Source: Chitinophaga pinensis
GTDB taxonomy: Bacteria; Bacteroidota; Bacteroidia; UBA7662; JAIXUI01
Reading direction: 5' to 3'
DNA length: 64,000 bases
NCBI GenBank assembly: GCA_943373175.1
Contig: CALSBM010000002.1
Span: 20,260 to 84,259, forward strand
Part shown: positions 45,773-55,597 of the stretch, piece by piece
How the letters are laid out: each line of letters opens with the position of its first letter
Numbering within the stretch: the stretch's first letter is position 1
Translations under genes and position numbers: made by a program
Notes under the pieces: model-generated
Told to the model about the DNA's origin: nothing
Databases searched by the model: none
The model's input: only the letters and a program-made list of their open reading frames with translations

Positions 45773-45862
45773 CCTTGATTATTCTGCACGAAGTTATCGT
45801 GCGATGTCTTGTGCTTACTGTTGAACATGTTCAACCCGTTTTCTCCATTTAAAACCCAACCA

Positions 45863-46408
45863 ATGAAAAATCTTTTTTTGAGCATCATGCTCTTTTTAGC
45901 TGTACTGAGCAGCCAAGCCCAAACCATGACCTCAGCAACCCTTCAAATTTCCGGACTTACCTGTTCTATGTGTCAGAAGTCCACGTATAAAGCACTCTTG
46001 TCACTCCCATTTGTAAAGTCAATTGAAACTGACTTGGCGAAAGCGAAATTTATTCTGCAATTCAAAACGGATGTAGCAGTTGATCCGGACTTAATTTCGA
46101 AAGAAGTTGAAGATGCCGGCTTTGCAATTGCCGGTTTAACCATAGCGGTTTCCATGCCCAAGGTTTCCATTGAAAAGGATCAGCATCTTAAAATAGGTCA
46201 GCGTTGGTATCACTTTGTAAATTCAGCCGGTAAAACGGTTGAAGGAGTTGTTAATCTTCAATTCATTGACAAACACTTTGTTGAAGATTCTCAATTCTTG
46301 GTTTATTCTAACAAGACCGATTATGGTTGCTATAAAACAGGAAAAATGGCTGCTTGCTGCCATTCCGGGGATCAACCTTCGGGTAGAATTTATCACGTTA
46401 CGCTCTGA
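45863..46408 (+). CDS. Exported heavy-metal-associated (HMA) domain protein
   Basis: Signal peptide, GLTCSMC metal motif, HMA fold and C-terminal GCYKTG...ACCH...YHVTL. Confidence 0.88.
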   Translation: MKNLFLSIMLFLAVLSSQAQTMTSATLQISGLTCSMCQKSTYKALLSLPFVKSIETDLAKAKFILQFKTDVAVDPDLISKEVEDAGFAIAGLTIAVSMPKVSIEKDQHLKIGQRWYHFVNSAGKTVEGVVNLQFIDKHFVEDSQFLVYSNKTDYGCYKTGKMAACCHSGDQPSGRIYHVTL

Positions 46409-47244
46409 TGCGCTATTTACGCATGTTGTTCCTGTCGATTTTTTTATTGACAGGAACAAACGGCTGGTGTCAGGAGCTTTATGTAGCCACTGACCCAGCT
46501 TCAAATATGCCAGCCAAGTCATTAGGTTTCCGCCTCAATTACAAGGGTATGGAGTCTCCTTCGCGAATTATGGGACGTTATCAGGCTGAAGTTAGAGCAG
46601 GACTTACCAAGAAACTGATGGTGATGGGCGCTTTTAGCTTTTCCGATTACTATCAATTGAAAACACAGTTTGAGGGAGTGCAATTAGGGATGCAATACCG
46701 ACTTTTTAGCAAAGACCGGGTACATCGTCATTTACGTGGTGCACTTTGGGCACGTTACAGCCATTCGCTGAATCCGCAGCATTTGAGCGACCTTAATTTT
46801 TCAGGAGATCATAGTGGAATAAGTTTGGGTGGAACTTTAACTCAGCTTATCCATAAAGTGGCCTTTTCAACCACTATTGGATGGAGCAATGTCTATTACA
46901 CACAGCGTGAATCCGGATTTGACCAAGGGAATACCATCACAGGTAGCCTTTCGATTGGTGGATTAGCTTATCCTTTGAAATACAGTTCCAGCTTTAAGAA
47001 AACTAATGTCAATCTCTACGCTGAAATGCTGGGAGGCTGGAACAGTGGCTATGAAGGAGTTATTGGCCTGCATCCTATTCAAAACGGGCACTGGTTAGAT
47101 TTACAGCCGGCAATTCAATTCATTTTTAATTCGCAAACACGCCTTGATTTAGCCTATCGGTTTGAATTAGATGCCAATGTTAGGCGCATGGGACCGAATA
47201 TGGTGATGTTTCGTTTGGAACATTTGCTTTTTAAGGCTTGGTAA
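46408..47244 (+). CDS. Hypothetical outer-membrane beta-barrel protein
   Basis: Signal peptide, alternating aromatic/hydrophobic strands and a C-terminal aromatic residue. The start overlaps the HMA gene stop. Confidence 0.65.
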   Translation: MRYLRMLFLSIFLLTGTNGWCQELYVATDPASNMPAKSLGFRLNYKGMESPSRIMGRYQAEVRAGLTKKLMVMGAFSFSDYYQLKTQFEGVQLGMQYRLFSKDRVHRHLRGALWARYSHSLNPQHLSDLNFSGDHSGISLGGTLTQLIHKVAFSTTIGWSNVYYTQRESGFDQGNTITGSLSIGGLAYPLKYSSSFKKTNVNLYAEMLGGWNSGYEGVIGLHPIQNGHWLDLQPAIQFIFNSQTRLDLAYRFELDANVRRMGPNMVMFRLEHLLFKAW

Positions 47245-47262
47245 TAATAAACTGATCTATCT

Positions 47263-47300
47263 CCGCCTGTGGATTTTGGTGAGAAGCTATTCACAGGCGG
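47263..47300. other. Stem-loop without a U tract
   Basis: CCGCCTGTGGAT...ATTCACAGGCGG just after the barrel gene stop. Confidence 0.55.
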
Positions 47301-47431
47301 CTGTTCTGAAAAATCAACCTTTAAATTTTTTAGTAGGAAATAGATAAGTAAACTCCGATCAAAAGTGAGTATGCGTTCTTTTCTGAACCAAGATTACTCT
47401 TTAGTCAATAAATTTTTCGCTTTGCTTTGAG

Positions 47432-48565
47432 TTAAAGCCAAATGAGCTTTTGATGTTCTAATATGGAGGCTTTAAGTATTGACCTTTTCAGCTTACCCGC
47501 TTCTGAAAGAGGAAAAGCCGGAATTGAGGCAATTGCAACAGGACGATTCCGGCTAATGGTTTGTGAAAGCCAACCTTTCCATAACGCTTCATCGGGAAGA
47601 GGTTCCTGAAAAACCCACACCGGGCGTTCTCCCCATTTTTCGTGAGGAACTCCAACAATCGCGAAGGTGATTTGAGTATCCTGTATCAAGTTACTCAAAT
47701 CATTCTCTAACTGCTCTGGTAGTAGTTTTAGCCCACCGCTGTTGATGAGGTTGTCGAGACGCCCCAGAACCTTAAACCTGTCTTGATTTGAAACATCCAA
47801 TTCTACACTGTCATTGGTTGGAAGGTAGAAGTGCTCATTTTCTGTCAGTCCGGTCCAGTAGGCAGGTAGGCTGATGGTTAAGCTGGTATCTGCTTCTTCC
47901 TTTGCCTTATAGGGCGATATCAGCGTAAAATGCGAATCCTCTAACGTCTTTAATGCTACAAAACTGAGGCTTTCGGTCATCCCGTACGTTTGCAGCATTG
48001 CACAAGGCAACACAGCATTCAATTGCTGACCCAGCGACTCGGAAACATTTGCTCCACCTAAAAGTATTAGACTGAAGCAATTTCCTGCTTCGTTGATGCT
48101 TCCGCTGTTCAAACAAGCAACTGCCTGCGCGGGCAAAAGTGAAAGCACTACATTTCGCTCTTGTTTTGCCTCTTCCGAAAGCTCTAACAGGGGATCAAGC
48201 CGGTTAGTTAACAGACTGATGTTCCAACCTGCAAGCAGTGCTCGAATCACTAACATGAAACCACCGGCTCGATCAACAGGCAGAGCCAGCCAGGCATGAT
48301 CGATTGGATAAGAATTAAGCGCTAAGATTTGCGCGTTTGCAGCTTCTTCAACCCAATTTCTAGAAAAGCTAATCGACTTAGGCGAACCGGTTGAGCCAGA
48401 TGTTTGTAAGGAAAAGGCGCGGCATGCCGGATTAAACCATTGCTGTATGAGCGACCAAAAAGCGCGCTCATGGTCTGAAAGAACGTCAGTTTCGAGTTGT
48501 TCTGTTGCAAAAGCCAGAGCCTGTCCGGGAAGTAGGCTTCGTCCCATAAAGAACAATGGCTTCAT
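47432..48565 (-). CDS. AMP-binding enzyme, O-succinylbenzoate-CoA ligase (MenE)-like
   Basis: TSGSTGSPK, YGMTES, GRLDNLINSGGLK, GKLKR. The short form is typical of Bacteroidota MenE. Confidence 0.75.
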   Translation of the reverse strand: MKPLFFMGRSLLPGQALAFATEQLETDVLSDHERAFWSLIQQWFNPACRAFSLQTSGSTGSPKSISFSRNWVEEAANAQILALNSYPIDHAWLALPVDRAGGFMLVIRALLAGWNISLLTNRLDPLLELSEEAKQERNVVLSLLPAQAVACLNSGSINEAGNCFSLILLGGANVSESLGQQLNAVLPCAMLQTYGMTESLSFVALKTLEDSHFTLISPYKAKEEADTSLTISLPAYWTGLTENEHFYLPTNDSVELDVSNQDRFKVLGRLDNLINSGGLKLLPEQLENDLSNLIQDTQITFAIVGVPHEKWGERPVWVFQEPLPDEALWKGWLSQTISRNRPVAIASIPAFPLSEAGKLKRSILKASILEHQKLIWL

Positions 48566-48567
48566 GG

Positions 48568-49641
48568 CTATCCTTCTACGCCTTCTTTAAGTCTTTCTGC
48601 GTTTTCTGCGAGTTGTAGTGCATCAAGGAACCCTTGTAAATCCCCATCAAGTACTTGGGAGAGGTTGTACAAGGTTACACCTATTCGGTGATCGGTAACG
48701 CGGGACTGCGGGAAGTTGTAAGTGCGGATTTTAGCAGAACGGTCTCCGGAAGAAACCATGGTTTTCCGCCTTCTTGCGACTTCTTCTTGTCGTTTATTGA
48801 GTTCTTGCTCGTACAGGCGGGTACGCAACATTTGCATAGCACGTTCGCGGTTGCCAATTTGAGAGCGTTCAACCTGGCAGGTAACTACAATTCCAGAGGG
48901 TTTGTGAGTCAACATCACTTTAGTTTCTACCTTATTGACATTCTGGCCGCCGGCACCACCAGAGCGAGCAGTTTGCAATTCAATATCAGCCGGGTTAATA
49001 GTGACTTCTAACTCATCGGCTTCCGGAAGAACTACTATAGAAGCTGCTGAAGTATGCACACGCCCCTGAGTTTCCGTATCTGGTACACGTTGAACGCGAT
49101 GTACTCCAGACTCGTATTTTAGGATACCATAAACGTCTTCACCAATAATGTTCAGCACTACTTCTTTATAACCACCAGCGGTACCTTCATTTTCATCCAC
49201 CAATTCAACCTTCCAACCTTTGTTTTCGCAATACCGCATGTACATACGGTAGAGGTCACCGGCAAAAAGTGCGGCTTCGTCGCCTCCGGTACCAGCACGG
49301 ATTTCGAGAATGGCGTTGCGGCTGTCTTCAGGGTCCTGTGGAATGAGCATAAACCGGATGGCTTCTTCCATAGGTTCTTTCTGTGGAATAAGTTCATCGA
49401 GTTCGGCCTTGGCCATTTCTATCATTTCAGGATCTTTTTCTTCCTGCAACATCCGCTGACTGTTGATAATGCTATCGGTCAGTTTGCGGTAAGTATGATA
49501 GGCGTCCACAATCTTTTCCAGATCCTTGTATTCCTTATTAAGGCGCGCATATCGGCGCATATCCTCGAACACATCGGGTTCGAGGAGCATTTGGCCTACC
49601 TCTTCCCAGCGTTGTTTTATTGCTTCTAATTTATCCAGCAT
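48568..49641 (-). CDS. prfA: Peptide chain release factor 1
   Basis: [17 protein letters not shown] and RTYNFPQ. The ATG at 49641 overlaps the upstream stop (TGATG). Confidence 0.97.
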   Translation of the reverse strand: MLDKLEAIKQRWEEVGQMLLEPDVFEDMRRYARLNKEYKDLEKIVDAYHTYRKLTDSIINSQRMLQEEKDPEMIEMAKAELDELIPQKEPMEEAIRFMLIPQDPEDSRNAILEIRAGTGGDEAALFAGDLYRMYMRYCENKGWKVELVDENEGTAGGYKEVVLNIIGEDVYGILKYESGVHRVQRVPDTETQGRVHTSAASIVVLPEADELEVTINPADIELQTARSGGAGGQNVNKVETKVMLTHKPSGIVVTCQVERSQIGNRERAMQMLRTRLYEQELNKRQEEVARRRKTMVSSGDRSAKIRTYNFPQSRVTDHRIGVTLYNLSQVLDGDLQGFLDALQLAENAERLKEGVEG

Positions 49642-50414
49642 CAGTTTGAGCTCAGCGGCCACAAAGTTACTCTTCCCTGGCGGAGAAAGTATATCCCACT
49701 GGAAGAAGGTGCAATAGATTCAGGTATTTGGCTGGCATCCAAGGGCCACTCTCTTGCTTTAAGCGACTTCATGTTCCATTGAATGAGTTTTTCAGAAGTT
49801 AGCATCCACAAATCATGGGCATTTAGTGCGATGTCTGTAACGCCTTCCATAGGGATTTTCCGAATAAATGCCCCGTAAAAATCGAAGACCCAAACTCCTT
49901 GCTGATAAATGAGCAGGTAAAGTTTTCTTTGGTGTTCGATTAAATCAAATGCTTGAAATCCGGACGGAAAATGCTGGTTTAACCTGGGCCCTTCCCAATT
50001 TTGCATGCCTTCTGCTTCGTATTTACGAAAACATAAGGTACGGTCGTCGAAGAACCAAATCCTGTTATCGGCACTTCTGCAAAACAAAGGATTTGATGCA
50101 CTGCGGGCTTCTTCAATTACCCTCTGACTAACCGGGTAAAGGTTGTTATCGAATTCGGCAAGGGTTGAAGTTTCCGGGTAAAACGCAAGGGGCTTTAATG
50201 GGTTAAGCAAGTCAAAGGAAGAAATTCTACCCAAGTTTCGGTCTCGCCAATTCGCGATAACTTTCCCCGACGTATCTAACCGGATGATTTCGTTATCGGG
50301 TTTAATTTCATACAGATTTCCCTGCATATCTGTGTAAAGCCGGGTTTGCGATGATGCTTGCTTGCAATTGAAACAAAACCACAGAGAAAAAAGTAAGCGC
50401 AGTATTAACTTCAA
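49641..50414 (-). CDS. Hypothetical exported protein (beta-propeller-like)
   Basis: Signal peptide and [14 protein letters not shown]...FDNNL...[10 protein letters not shown]. It overlaps both neighbours. Confidence 0.7.
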   Translation of the reverse strand: MKLILRLLFSLWFCFNCKQASSQTRLYTDMQGNLYEIKPDNEIIRLDTSGKVIANWRDRNLGRISSFDLLNPLKPLAFYPETSTLAEFDNNLYPVSQRVIEEARSASNPLFCRSADNRIWFFDDRTLCFRKYEAEGMQNWEGPRLNQHFPSGFQAFDLIEHQRKLYLLIYQQGVWVFDFYGAFIRKIPMEGVTDIALNAHDLWMLTSEKLIQWNMKSLKAREWPLDASQIPESIAPSSSGIYFLRQGRVTLWPLSSN

Positions 50415-51700
50415 GGGAGGATAATTTTTCCGATTGACTGTTTACAACGAATCAGGTACATGCCTGGTGTAAGACCCCAATCGGATTGGTTAAAGTAGTT
50501 TTTCACTACAAGCTGAGTTTTGAGCCTTCTTCCTTGAAGATCTACTATTTCTATTGTTTCATTAAGCCAATTATCCGGGAAATGCCATGATATACTGCCG
50601 TCTGCGCCCAACCGGCAACTGATAAATGGCTGATCGATTCTTGGGTTGTGAGTTGAAACCTGAGGTTGGAAAACTTGCTTCAACAATCCCCATAAGGCGT
50701 TATCAAAAGAAGAAAGAGCGAGCATGGATTGCCCTGAAGATTCACCCAAACGAACCACGACCAAGTTCATGGAAGGAACCACATAGATTTTCTGATCGTT
50801 TTTTCCTAAAGCTGCCATCATATCCGGTGGTGCGTTAGGGACTAACTGGCCTGAATAAAGTATTTGGGTAAGAGGAAGCATGTGGTTAGGCTGCCCGTTG
50901 AGCCACCAGAGATACCCATACGAGCGATTTAAGGTTTGTGAAGGCGTGGTCATCTGCCGGAAATAGGCAGTATCGCCTAAAATAGCTTGGCCATTCCAGT
51001 TTCCTTGAGCCAGATTCAACAATCCGAAACGGGCAATATCCCTTAACCTGCTGTAATATATACCATCATACCAAAGGCCAGACATGCCAATTCTGAACTT
51101 CACCCATTGGTTGGTTAATTGTGCTAAGTTGAGTGGAGAACAAGAGTCCAAAACCGACTGTAGTAGCAGGTATGGAGCGTTATGATACGCCCAACGAGTT
51201 CCTGCCGGTGCTTTATAAATCAAGCAGGAATCTACTGTGCAGTTATCATCTGGAACACCGTCGTCGAGACCGGTGGTCATGGTAAGCTGGTGCCGAATGG
51301 TGATGCTGTCTTCTCTAGGGAGCGAAAGGTTAGTCCAGCCTTGACCAAGGTACTGAGACGTTTTTTGTTGAATGCTTAATAGCCCCTTTTCCTGGGCGAT
51401 GCCAATTAACATGGCTGTCAGGGTTTTGCCGGCAGAAGCCCAATACCAAAGACTGTCTTTGGTAAATGTTCCATAATAACGCTCCCAGGCAATTTTGCCA
51501 TCTTTTAGAATCAGAAAGCCTTTAGTGTTTTTTGAAGTTAGATATCGGTCAACGGTATCTAAGCACGTCCAACACCAATTAACTGATGAAGGATTGACAG
51601 TATCCCACTGATTTCCAGTTATGGGTGGGAAGTAAAGAGCCTGTGAGAAGCCCTTATTACAACCGAATACAAGGAGTAAAAACAGAATAACCTTCTTCAT
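50411..51700 (-). CDS. Serine hydrolase (beta-lactamase/AmpC-like family) with T9SS-like C-terminal domain
   Basis: SAGK (SxxK), YHN (YxN), YGYLWW and C-terminal IVDLQGR...PGMYLIR. Confidence 0.88.
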   Translation of the reverse strand: MKKVILFLLLVFGCNKGFSQALYFPPITGNQWDTVNPSSVNWCWTCLDTVDRYLTSKNTKGFLILKDGKIAWERYYGTFTKDSLWYWASAGKTLTAMLIGIAQEKGLLSIQQKTSQYLGQGWTNLSLPREDSITIRHQLTMTTGLDDGVPDDNCTVDSCLIYKAPAGTRWAYHNAPYLLLQSVLDSCSPLNLAQLTNQWVKFRIGMSGLWYDGIYYSRLRDIARFGLLNLAQGNWNGQAILGDTAYFRQMTTPSQTLNRSYGYLWWLNGQPNHMLPLTQILYSGQLVPNAPPDMMAALGKNDQKIYVVPSMNLVVVRLGESSGQSMLALSSFDNALWGLLKQVFQPQVSTHNPRIDQPFISCRLGADGSISWHFPDNWLNETIEIVDLQGRRLKTQLVVKNYFNQSDWGLTPGMYLIRCKQSIGKIILP

Positions 51701-51772
51701 ACCACTGTGACATTTCTCAAATGATAAAGTTCAACAAGTGTTGGATGAAAAGTTTGTAATTTTTTGAAATAC

Positions 51773-52411
51773 CTATACTAATTTTTGACGTATTGCTTTA
51801 GATACCGCTTCAGAGACTGAGTGAACATTGAGTTTTTCGTAAATTTTCTTGATATGGCTTCTAACAGTATCAATGCTGATGAGTAATTCGGCTGCAATCA
51901 TTTTATAGGAAAAGCCATCTACCAACAATTTTAGCAATTGCCTTTCTCTCGCAGTTAACCCGTATTGTGGCGTTGGCGACTGCTGTTCTGAAAAAAACTT
52001 AAGTACTTTCTGAGCTATTGCTGCACTCATCGGAACTTCGCCGTTTCTAATATCGACTATTGCCGATAAAAGCCTTGTCGGGGTTGTTTTCTTGAGCAGA
52101 TAACCATTAGCGCCGCGCTTCAATGCTTCAAAAAGATGGTCATTATCATCAAAAACGGTGTACATGATAACGGGAAGCTCAGGTTTGATGGATTTCACCT
52201 TAGTGAGCGTATCTAACCCATTAAGTACTGGCATGTCAATGTCCATGAGGATGACATCAGGAAACAGAGACCCTATAGCCTTTTCAACATGTTCACCATT
52301 TTCAAACATTCCTACGAGGTTAAAGTCTTCACTTAGAGAGAAGAGCTGACTAAGGCTCAAACGCAAGTCAGGATTATCCTCGTAAACTAATAGCCTGAGT
52401 GGTTGATCCAT
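51773..52411 (-). CDS. NarL/FixJ-family response regulator (REC + LuxR HTH)
   Basis: DVILMDIDMP, GANGYLLK, LTARERQLLKLLVDGFSYKMIA...TVRSHIKKIYEKL. Confidence 0.95.
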   Translation of the reverse strand: MDQPLRLLVYEDNPDLRLSLSQLFSLSEDFNLVGMFENGEHVEKAIGSLFPDVILMDIDMPVLNGLDTLTKVKSIKPELPVIMYTVFDDNDHLFEALKRGANGYLLKKTTPTRLLSAIVDIRNGEVPMSAAIAQKVLKFFSEQQSPTPQYGLTARERQLLKLLVDGFSYKMIAAELLISIDTVRSHIKKIYEKLNVHSVSEAVSKAIRQKLV

Positions 52412-52446
52412 TATTCAAATGACCGCCAATTTTTTTCAGGATACAA

Positions 52447-52462
52447 TCACATTTTTATGTGA
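52447..52462. promoter_or_regulatory. Palindrome TCACAT-N4-ATGTGA between the kinase and regulator genes
   Basis: Exact 6-bp inverted repeat 35 bp upstream of the regulator start. Confidence 0.5.
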
Positions 52463-52471
52463 ATATCCCCA

Positions 52472-55462
52472 TCAACTTGGCAGTTTAAATCTTAATTTCC
52501 AATGAGTTCCCAATCCGGGTTTAGAATGAAGTTCACATTCTGCTTGAATTTGTGCAGCACGTTGATGAATGTTGCTCACACCGTTTCCTCCTTTTCTTAC
52601 TTTTTGCAAATCGAATCCGCAGCCATTGTCTGATAAGTCAATCGCAATAGATTTCGAATCTACCCTGAGGGCGATACTCATTTCAGTGGCAGCAGAATGT
52701 TTAGCAGCATTGTTTACAATTTCCTTAAAGAGGAGGTATAAATGCTGACGAGTATCCATGGGTATCGCAGCTTGTTGTAGGTCGCCGGTAACCTTAAAAG
52801 TGAGTTCAATGCCCATAGCTTCCAACGTCTGAGCTGCAAATTCCCTCATTCTTGCCACAAGTTCCGGGAGTGCATCGTTTGTGGGCTTAATGGACCAGAC
52901 GATGTCAGAAACCCGTTCCATCATTTCTTGGGTGCTGTTTCCGATTCTATTTAGCAACTCTGAGGCATTTTCCGGCTTTCTTTTCGCCAGTTCTGTTAGA
53001 ATATTCACACTCGATAACGTTGCTCCAAGGTCATCGTGCAAATCAGAGGCTATCCGCTGGCGGACTTTTTCCAGCTCCTTTTTTCTCTTCATCTTGATTC
53101 TCCAGTAAGAATAAACTATGCTTCCAAGAAACAACGTTGATCCTAACAGGAACCACCAGGTAGTATAGAAAGGTGCTTTAACTTCAATCGTAATGAAACT
53201 TGATTTTCCCTTTGGCTCACTTTCGTATTGACCTGCAAACTCTAACTGATACTTGCCTGGAGGCAAGTATGATAACGTGATGGTTCGGCCTTCCGTGATG
53301 CTTTGCCACTCGTTGCTCTTGTTAACAAAGCGATAGGAATACCTGATTTTAGTAGCATCAATTAAAACTCCGGAAGTAAGATCTAGTTCTAAAGTATTCG
53401 CGCTAGTCTGAAGTGTATAATTAGCATCAATTGGAGCATTTATTTCTTTACCATTCATTCTAATTGCAGCAATAGAGGCAACAGGTGCTGATTTCTTTTT
53501 AAAGAATTCTGGAATTGAAAGAGTGTAAATAAATTTAGGGTCAATAAAAACTAATTCATTTTTATCGATAATGGCATTCGACGTATTTTCTTCGTCTTCA
53601 ATGCCATCGAATACGTTTAATTGTTTTAAAGCATCCAGCTTCTGTTTGAGGTACACGAGAAACCCGGTGTTGGTTTGGATCCAAACATTGAGAAAAGAAT
53701 CAGGGAAAATATTAATAACACGATTGTGGGGAACTTCCTGGTTATTAACAAGATGTATCCACTTTTTAGAATGGCCATCAAGAAACCACACGCCCGATTC
53801 TTCCGTACCAACCCATAAATTACCATTTGGCATTTCCCGAACTGCCGATAACGTTGGCATGTCATAAGAAGATCGGTTGTAATCTCCCGGAAAACGAATT
53901 GACTTCCACGAAAGCGTATTCGTATCGAGTTGACCCAATCCGTTATGATGTATATTGAACCAAATGGCCCTCGTTCCAACTCCTCCTCCAGAAAAATTTA
54001 TTGATGGAAGGTTCAACTCTTTGGCGGTGCGAAATACTAGACTATCTTTTCCCCAATGATAATACATCACTTGGTGTCCTACAGTGCCTAAAACGTAGCG
54101 CATAGAATCAAGTTGAAGAACTTGAAAAGATTTTAATTGCGGATAGCGGCATTCAGGTTCATGAAATACGACCGTATCTGCATTCGAGTACTTGACTTTT
54201 AACTTAGCAATACCCATATATCCCGTAAGCAGTACCTCATTTTCTTTTATTCTAAAGCAGTTAAACACCGCTCCATCTGTTATGCGATAATGGTTGTTAA
54301 GAAGCCAACATTTCCCATTATTACGGGAGATGGCATAAACACCGCTATAACCATTTCCAAGTAACCAATCCGAGTTCAGCACCATCATCTGATAATAGTC
54401 CGGTATTTCTGGGAATTTAGAGATATAATGAATTGGAATTCGTTTAAGAAAATGCCGTTTAGTGGAAATCACGGATAATCCTTTGTCTGTAGATACCCAA
54501 AGAAGTCCTTGATTATCCACCAATAACCCATAATTCTCTATAAAAAATGGAATGCGGTATTTAGGATCAGCCGATTTAAGTATTGTAGCCGTCCAATCTT
54601 CAGGATTAACAATCAAAACGCCATTTCCAAAAGAAGTAATGGCAATTCTACCATCGGTTAATGCGGCAAATTGAAAGGAAACAAATTTTTCGTTCAAACT
54701 TCCATTCAAACACTTCAATTTAATTTTTTCAATTTGCTTAGTAAATGGATTCCACACAATTAATCCATTAGCCCAACCACCGGAAAGTATTCGTCCATCC
54801 TTTAATTGTGCGATAGGTCCTTGAACTGGTTCAACTGGGTTAAGATATATTTTATCGACTTTTAATGTTAATTTATTTAACTGATAAAGACCATAAAAAG
54901 CGCTGAAATAATGGTAATCGCCTGAATTGGTAATCAGGAATCGATTAGCAATAACATCCGATATTAATTTTACAACTTTTGGCTTTCGGGAATCATATAA
55001 ATAAACCCCCATACCACCGCTAATAAATACTCGGAATTTATCAAGCGGCTTCACTGAAAAAACTCTTTTTATGTTTTCACTATTAAGCGGCTTAGGTAGC
55101 AGTATATGCCGCCATTTTAAGGTGTAAACATTTACCATCGAAAGCCCTCCTCTATGGCCCACGAGCATGATGGAATCTCCCCAAGGACTCAGTGCTTCAA
55201 TATGATTATTCCAAACAGGGCCTTCCGGTTGAAGATTTCGGAATACTCTAAATCGATACCCGTCGTAACAGTTTAAACCACTTTTGGTTCCTGCCCAAAT
55301 TATTCCTCTTTGATCCTGAGCTATACAAAATACTGCGTTATGGGAAAGCCCGTCTAACTTGGTAAAGTGTCTGATGCGTTGGAGGTTGTCCTCCAGAACA
55401 CCAGCACAGACAAGAGGGGGCAAGGCCATGCACAGCAACAGGAAGCACCAATGTCCTCTCAT
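52472..55462 (-). CDS. Sensor histidine kinase: beta-propeller (Reg_prop) + Y_Y_Y + TM + HisKA_3 + HATPase
   Basis: DGLSHNAVFCIAQDQRGIIWAGT, LPPGKYQL, PFYTTWWF, RIASDLHDDLG, DNGCGF, GNGVSNI, GLGT. Confidence 0.93.
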   Translation of the reverse strand: MRGHWCFLLLCMALPPLVCAGVLEDNLQRIRHFTKLDGLSHNAVFCIAQDQRGIIWAGTKSGLNCYDGYRFRVFRNLQPEGPVWNNHIEALSPWGDSIMLVGHRGGLSMVNVYTLKWRHILLPKPLNSENIKRVFSVKPLDKFRVFISGGMGVYLYDSRKPKVVKLISDVIANRFLITNSGDYHYFSAFYGLYQLNKLTLKVDKIYLNPVEPVQGPIAQLKDGRILSGGWANGLIVWNPFTKQIEKIKLKCLNGSLNEKFVSFQFAALTDGRIAITSFGNGVLIVNPEDWTATILKSADPKYRIPFFIENYGLLVDNQGLLWVSTDKGLSVISTKRHFLKRIPIHYISKFPEIPDYYQMMVLNSDWLLGNGYSGVYAISRNNGKCWLLNNHYRITDGAVFNCFRIKENEVLLTGYMGIAKLKVKYSNADTVVFHEPECRYPQLKSFQVLQLDSMRYVLGTVGHQVMYYHWGKDSLVFRTAKELNLPSINFSGGGVGTRAIWFNIHHNGLGQLDTNTLSWKSIRFPGDYNRSSYDMPTLSAVREMPNGNLWVGTEESGVWFLDGHSKKWIHLVNNQEVPHNRVINIFPDSFLNVWIQTNTGFLVYLKQKLDALKQLNVFDGIEDEENTSNAIIDKNELVFIDPKFIYTLSIPEFFKKKSAPVASIAAIRMNGKEINAPIDANYTLQTSANTLELDLTSGVLIDATKIRYSYRFVNKSNEWQSITEGRTITLSYLPPGKYQLEFAGQYESEPKGKSSFITIEVKAPFYTTWWFLLGSTLFLGSIVYSYWRIKMKRKKELEKVRQRIASDLHDDLGATLSSVNILTELAKRKPENASELLNRIGNSTQEMMERVSDIVWSIKPTNDALPELVARMREFAAQTLEAMGIELTFKVTGDLQQAAIPMDTRQHLYLLFKEIVNNAAKHSAATEMSIALRVDSKSIAIDLSDNGCGFDLQKVRKGGNGVSNIHQRAAQIQAECELHSKPGLGTHWKLRFKLPS

Positions 55463-55597
55463 TGTGGACAATTTAATTGACAATTTTTAAAGCAACATCA
55501 GACTTCTTACAGAACTTTTGATTTACAGTTTTTTGACATCTTTAAACACTGATAAACAAGTACATACATCACAATAACTTCGACAAAAATTAAAACT

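Noticed and set aside
4868-55483. Longest-ORF starts at 222, 4868, 25078, 36351, 36383, 42505, 45371, 45809, 49662 and 55483
   Set aside because: Downstream ATGs give proper signal peptides or family N-termini, or fit promoter positions and gene overlaps better.
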